This document shows, piece by piece, positions 60,417 through 64,000 of a stretch of DNA of 64,000 nt. Positions within the stretch are counted from its first letter, which is position 1. The number at the start of each line of letters is the position of its first letter. A model generated the notes under the pieces. The model was not told the DNA's origin. It saw only the letters and a program-made list of their open reading frames with translations, and searched no databases. The translations under genes and the position numbers were made by a program. Origin of the DNA: a virus (taxonomy: Duplodnaviria; Caudoviricetes); IMG/VR virus record IMGVR_UViG_3300035208_005974, positions 60,608 to 124,607 of that record; one strand, 5' to 3'.

Positions 60417-61022
60417 ATGAGTGCCATAATTGAATATATGTGGGTTAAAATATACATCGATCAAAGTGGCGTCGAACATTTTATTCCGCAATTTCGTGAG
60501 GACGGTACACAACAATTCTGGACAGATAGTGAAAACATAACGCCAACAAAATTGCTAATAGTTCCTATCAGTCCAAAACTCGCGGAAAATATGATACAGA
60601 AAAAGATTCCAGCTGCTTCCGTACCATTAACCCCATATACTTTTTTGTTGAAACCAACAGATACTGTAACCGCCTATTGGGACAATGAAATTACCATAAC
60701 CAATCACTTTGAATGCGAAACTTGCGGATTTACATGGCAACACACGGATGCATCAAAGTGGGCTGAATGCCCGCGATGTGGTGAAAAGGATACTTGGTCT
60801 TGTATGCGTTGCGGCACATCAAACATTAACAATGCCCTTGTCAAGAAAAATAATCGTGGCGAAACCAATTGTCCATATTGTGAAATACCGTATGGTTTAA
60901 ATCGGTCCATACACTTGCACCGTATACAAGATATCATAGAAAATACTGACTATGTTATACTTGTAGAAAATAGATTCAAAGTAATTATACGTCAGCATGA
61001 AGTTTGCGTGGAATCTTTATAA
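60417..61022 (+). CDS. Multi-zinc-ribbon protein
   Basis: Four CxxC motifs. Confidence 0.65.
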   Translation: MSAIIEYMWVKIYIDQSGVEHFIPQFREDGTQQFWTDSENITPTKLLIVPISPKLAENMIQKKIPAASVPLTPYTFLLKPTDTVTAYWDNEITITNHFECETCGFTWQHTDASKWAECPRCGEKDTWSCMRCGTSNINNALVKKNNRGETNCPYCEIPYGLNRSIHLHRIQDIIENTDYVILVENRFKVIIRQHEVCVESL

Positions 61023-61040
61023 ATTTTTTTGAGGTGAACA

Positions 61041-62342
61041 ATGTTAATTGGTGAAAATCCCATTGGTAGCCGACCTGGTATCGGCGAATCTTATATCGTA
61101 CGAACAAAAGCGTATACCATGGACCAATGGGTCGTGTTCACTGGTTCAGAGCCACTAGGTGAGGACGGAATTCGATATCACTTGAATCGAAACTATGGCA
61201 TGGGATTATTAAAGTCTGATTCCATTGATTTTGATATGGATTATGTGTCGGCAGCAACAGACGTTACAACGTATTCTATGTCAACTGGCCTCAAAGACAC
61301 ACTGAGGGGCATACTAATGTCCGTGTCATTAGTTCCCGCTTATGAGCTAACAATACCATCATCTAGCGTTATGAATGCGTTGGTTTGGGCATGGGCAGAA
61401 ACTTTTGATAGTGTTTGGCGAAAAATGGAAACTATGGCAACTGCCCTAAAAATAGAATACGCTACCAACACATACCTCGACGATGCGTGGGGCCAAATTT
61501 TCGACCTCCCACGCATCTATCAAGAAACAGACACATCCTATAGAGATCGTCTAAAAACTCGTACCACCATCCTAACATCTTCTGGCACCAAATCAAACTG
61601 CGAAACCATTATTGATAGCATAATTGGAATGTTTGGTGAAACCACCGTAACAACAAGGTATCCGTCTACTGTCCAAATAACATTTTCTTCTATAGATGCT
61701 ATGAGAATAGCAAAAGAAAAACAAGACACCTTGAATTATCTTATACCACAAATGGTTGCAGCTGGCATTTCTTACAGCATGTATTTACCATTCATTGATT
61801 ATTTTATGGAAACATATATAAATGGACCATTAACATTATCACATACTATGCAATATGCTCTTTTACATAAAAACTCTGACCTTTCCTATGAAATGAATAT
61901 TGCAAACAATATACAACAAACAATCCCATATGATGCTGATATGCAAGTTATGAATTACTATGAAAAATTGTTCTTAATTGGTTCAATGTTCAAAATAAAC
62001 AAAACAAAATCATTTACAGCACGTGCAGGATTGTTTGGAACAAAAAATATACCACTTATTATGGCCATCCAAAACAAAAGGAAAAACATCACAAAATCAT
62101 TTATAATGAAACAATATATTCAAAAATTTAATATAAATAAATCCCATACCATTACAATGTTAGATAAAGCATCCCTACGAAGGATATATAGATTAGCAGC
62201 TATATTGACCAACCAACATACAACCACGTATGACATGGAATTATCATTACAGCTTTATGCAAAATCTATTTCAATGGATGTTTGTAACAAACGAATTTAT
62301 CCGAAACGTCATACAATGACAATCACTTTGGTAGGTGCTTGA
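61041..62342 (+). CDS. Baseplate wedge-like protein (P2 gpI-like domain)
   Basis: YAT..YLDDAWG.IF.L.R...ETD.SYR.RL motif. Confidence 0.65.
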   Translation: MLIGENPIGSRPGIGESYIVRTKAYTMDQWVVFTGSEPLGEDGIRYHLNRNYGMGLLKSDSIDFDMDYVSAATDVTTYSMSTGLKDTLRGILMSVSLVPAYELTIPSSSVMNALVWAWAETFDSVWRKMETMATALKIEYATNTYLDDAWGQIFDLPRIYQETDTSYRDRLKTRTTILTSSGTKSNCETIIDSIIGMFGETTVTTRYPSTVQITFSSIDAMRIAKEKQDTLNYLIPQMVAAGISYSMYLPFIDYFMETYINGPLTLSHTMQYALLHKNSDLSYEMNIANNIQQTIPYDADMQVMNYYEKLFLIGSMFKINKTKSFTARAGLFGTKNIPLIMAIQNKRKNITKSFIMKQYIQKFNINKSHTITMLDKASLRRIYRLAAILTNQHTTTYDMELSLQLYAKSISMDVCNKRIYPKRHTMTITLVGA

Positions 62343-62343
62343 A

Positions 62344-64000
62344 ATGCGTCCAGTTACACTATCAATAGTTGAAGGCAAAAACTTCATATTAGGAACATTT
62401 GACACAACTAGCTTTCAAACATGGTGGAAATCATTACCGTTTCCGGGCGAAGTCGAAACCATAGAAGACATTACACATGTTTATGGACAGTATCATGTCT
62501 GCATTGCAAAAATGCAAAACGGTACATATTCCATATACAGAACTCATGATTCTGGCAAAACCTGGACAAGTGTTTATAATACATCTGATATTATTTATAG
62601 TATAACTCAAATAGATTATGGTCATGTACTTGCAAGTACTTCAACTGGATGGTTGGAAAGTACTTTGGATTCTGGACTTACTTGGACAAAAATATCTAAT
62701 TTTGCACCAGGTTGCCGAACTGTAATAAACATTGGAGACAATATATTATTTGCTCATGATTGTTCTTCTATATGGCGATCATATGATATAGGCAGAACAT
62801 GGTCAAAAATACTCAACAAGACCAGATGGACATCGATTGGTTATCACGATCCATCCACGACTAAAAACTTTTCCTGGAACTCATATGCATATCCGGCATT
62901 AACTGGTGTTGGCCAAACAATATTTGTTGGATTCGGACCTTATCTCGTTATCTCAGAAGATAATGGCGAAACGTGGTTCACGCATCTTCAGGGCTGGGAT
63001 CAACATTTCGCAACATATGAAGGTGGGTGGGGTGGTTCAAACCTTTTTAGTCCATTCTACAACACCAGAATATTGCAATTGGAAATGACAGATACTTCCG
63101 GAACAACGCTTGACGATACCGCACTAATGACAAGAGTTTTGGACCTCGATACAAACAATGTACTTTATGCATATTCTGGGAAAAAGTATTATTTCGAAGA
63201 TAAAAAAACCGGGTTTGCTTGGAAAACTAGATTTAGTTTACCGTTTGCCGACGAAACTCATGGAATAATAAATTCATATGATGTATTAAGACCAGGTTCT
63301 AGCGAAAAAGATAAGCTCGTTGTTGTTTGTAGTTATGATGCTAGCAATAACGCTATTGTAATGCATTCTACTAACAATGGGTGGACATGGATAAATTTAA
63401 ACTATAACAATGTTTCTGTATATGAAGGCGATCCATCCCAAGAAATAATATCAAATATTGGTCAATATGTTTTCGATGAAGAATATTGGACAAAGGCAAC
63501 ATGGTCAGGTCCGCCTTGTCATAATGGCGGCAGATGGATAATTGAATACAATAAAACAATTCGCGGACTTTCGTGGGACTTAGATTTACTTGCCATATTC
63601 CAGAAAAATAAAACGTACGGCATGATATATTCCACACTAACTGAAAAAGACAAAGAATATGCTGTCGATATATTAGGCAAAAAGTTACATGACGTATCTA
63701 TAAATCCTGATATACTTCTAAAAAAATCTACTATTAAAAGTATGATAATAGGAGGTTATCTACAAAAATACTTTGACAAGTCATATAACGTTGATGGAAT
63801 TTTAACGGAACGTAAAACAAAAGAAATACCCTTGGATATTCTTACACAAAAAGCAAACGAGACATTTTTCAATATTAGAATGAATCAAAAGGACACAGCT
63901 CAAAAATCTTGTGAATTTGGCATAAAACTTGTAGACGACCACGTGGAAGAAATAATGACATCTATTAATAGATATACACCACAAGCCCCTGACGTCAGAT
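62344..64000 (+). CDS. Beta-propeller protein with BNR/Asp-box repeats (3' truncated by window edge)
   Basis: Open frame not in the ORF track; RTHDSGKTW, STLDSGLTW, RSYDIGRTW, ISEDNGETW and STNNGWTW. Confidence 0.75.
   Translation, partial: MRPVTLSIVEGKNFILGTFDTTSFQTWWKSLPFPGEVETIEDITHVYGQYHVCIAKMQNGTYSIYRTHDSGKTWTSVYNTSDIIYSITQIDYGHVLASTSTGWLESTLDSGLTWTKISNFAPGCRTVINIGDNILFAHDCSSIWRSYDIGRTWSKILNKTRWTSIGYHDPSTTKNFSWNSYAYPALTGVGQTIFVGFGPYLVISEDNGETWFTHLQGWDQHFATYEGGWGGSNLFSPFYNTRILQLEMTDTSGTTLDDTALMTRVLDLDTNNVLYAYSGKKYYFEDKKTGFAWKTRFSLPFADETHGIINSYDVLRPGSSEKDKLVVVCSYDASNNAIVMHSTNNGWTWINLNYNNVSVYEGDPSQEIISNIGQYVFDEEYWTKATWSGPPCHNGGRWIIEYNKTIRGLSWDLDLLAIFQKNKTYGMIYSTLTEKDKEYAVDILGKKLHDVSINPDILLKKSTIKSMIIGGYLQKYFDKSYNVDGILTERKTKEIPLDILTQKANETFFNIRMNQKDTAQKSCEFGIKLVDDHVEEIMTSINRYTPQAPDVR

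Overview
This window is a 64 kb segment of an AT-rich tailed (Caudoviricetes-type) virus genome. It most likely infects an archaeon, based on BRE/TATA-type promoters and GAGGTGA ribosome-binding sites. A methanogen host is plausible but is inference only. The window encodes a terminase large subunit, portal, a MuF-like head protein, a DUF2213-like prohead protease/scaffold, an HK97/encapsulin-like major capsid protein, and neck, tail and baseplate genes. It also carries three RNA-guided IS200/IS605 elements (two TnpB, one IscB), two homing-endonuclease-like genes, a GC-rich diversity-generating retroelement (DGR) and a phiEco32-like amidoligase/amidotransferase/ATP-grasp cluster. The most striking structure is a head-associated effector locus (22.6-30.3 kb). 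Three standalone genes and one 1468-aa MuF polyprotein carry about five ADP-ribosyltransferase domains and two zincin domains, arranged in modules that each follow a shared 'KLNY-x-C...C' linker. The same K-x-N motif recurs at apparent domain boundaries of the prohead protease. This suggests capsid-targeted, protease-released effector cassettes. Other notable signals: a DGR template repeat that looks mutagenised itself, a family of four promoter-driven hairpin RNAs, a bipartite candidate late promoter, and two inverted origin-like AT-rich repeat regions 34 kb apart. All calls are by eye from motifs; no database searches were run.
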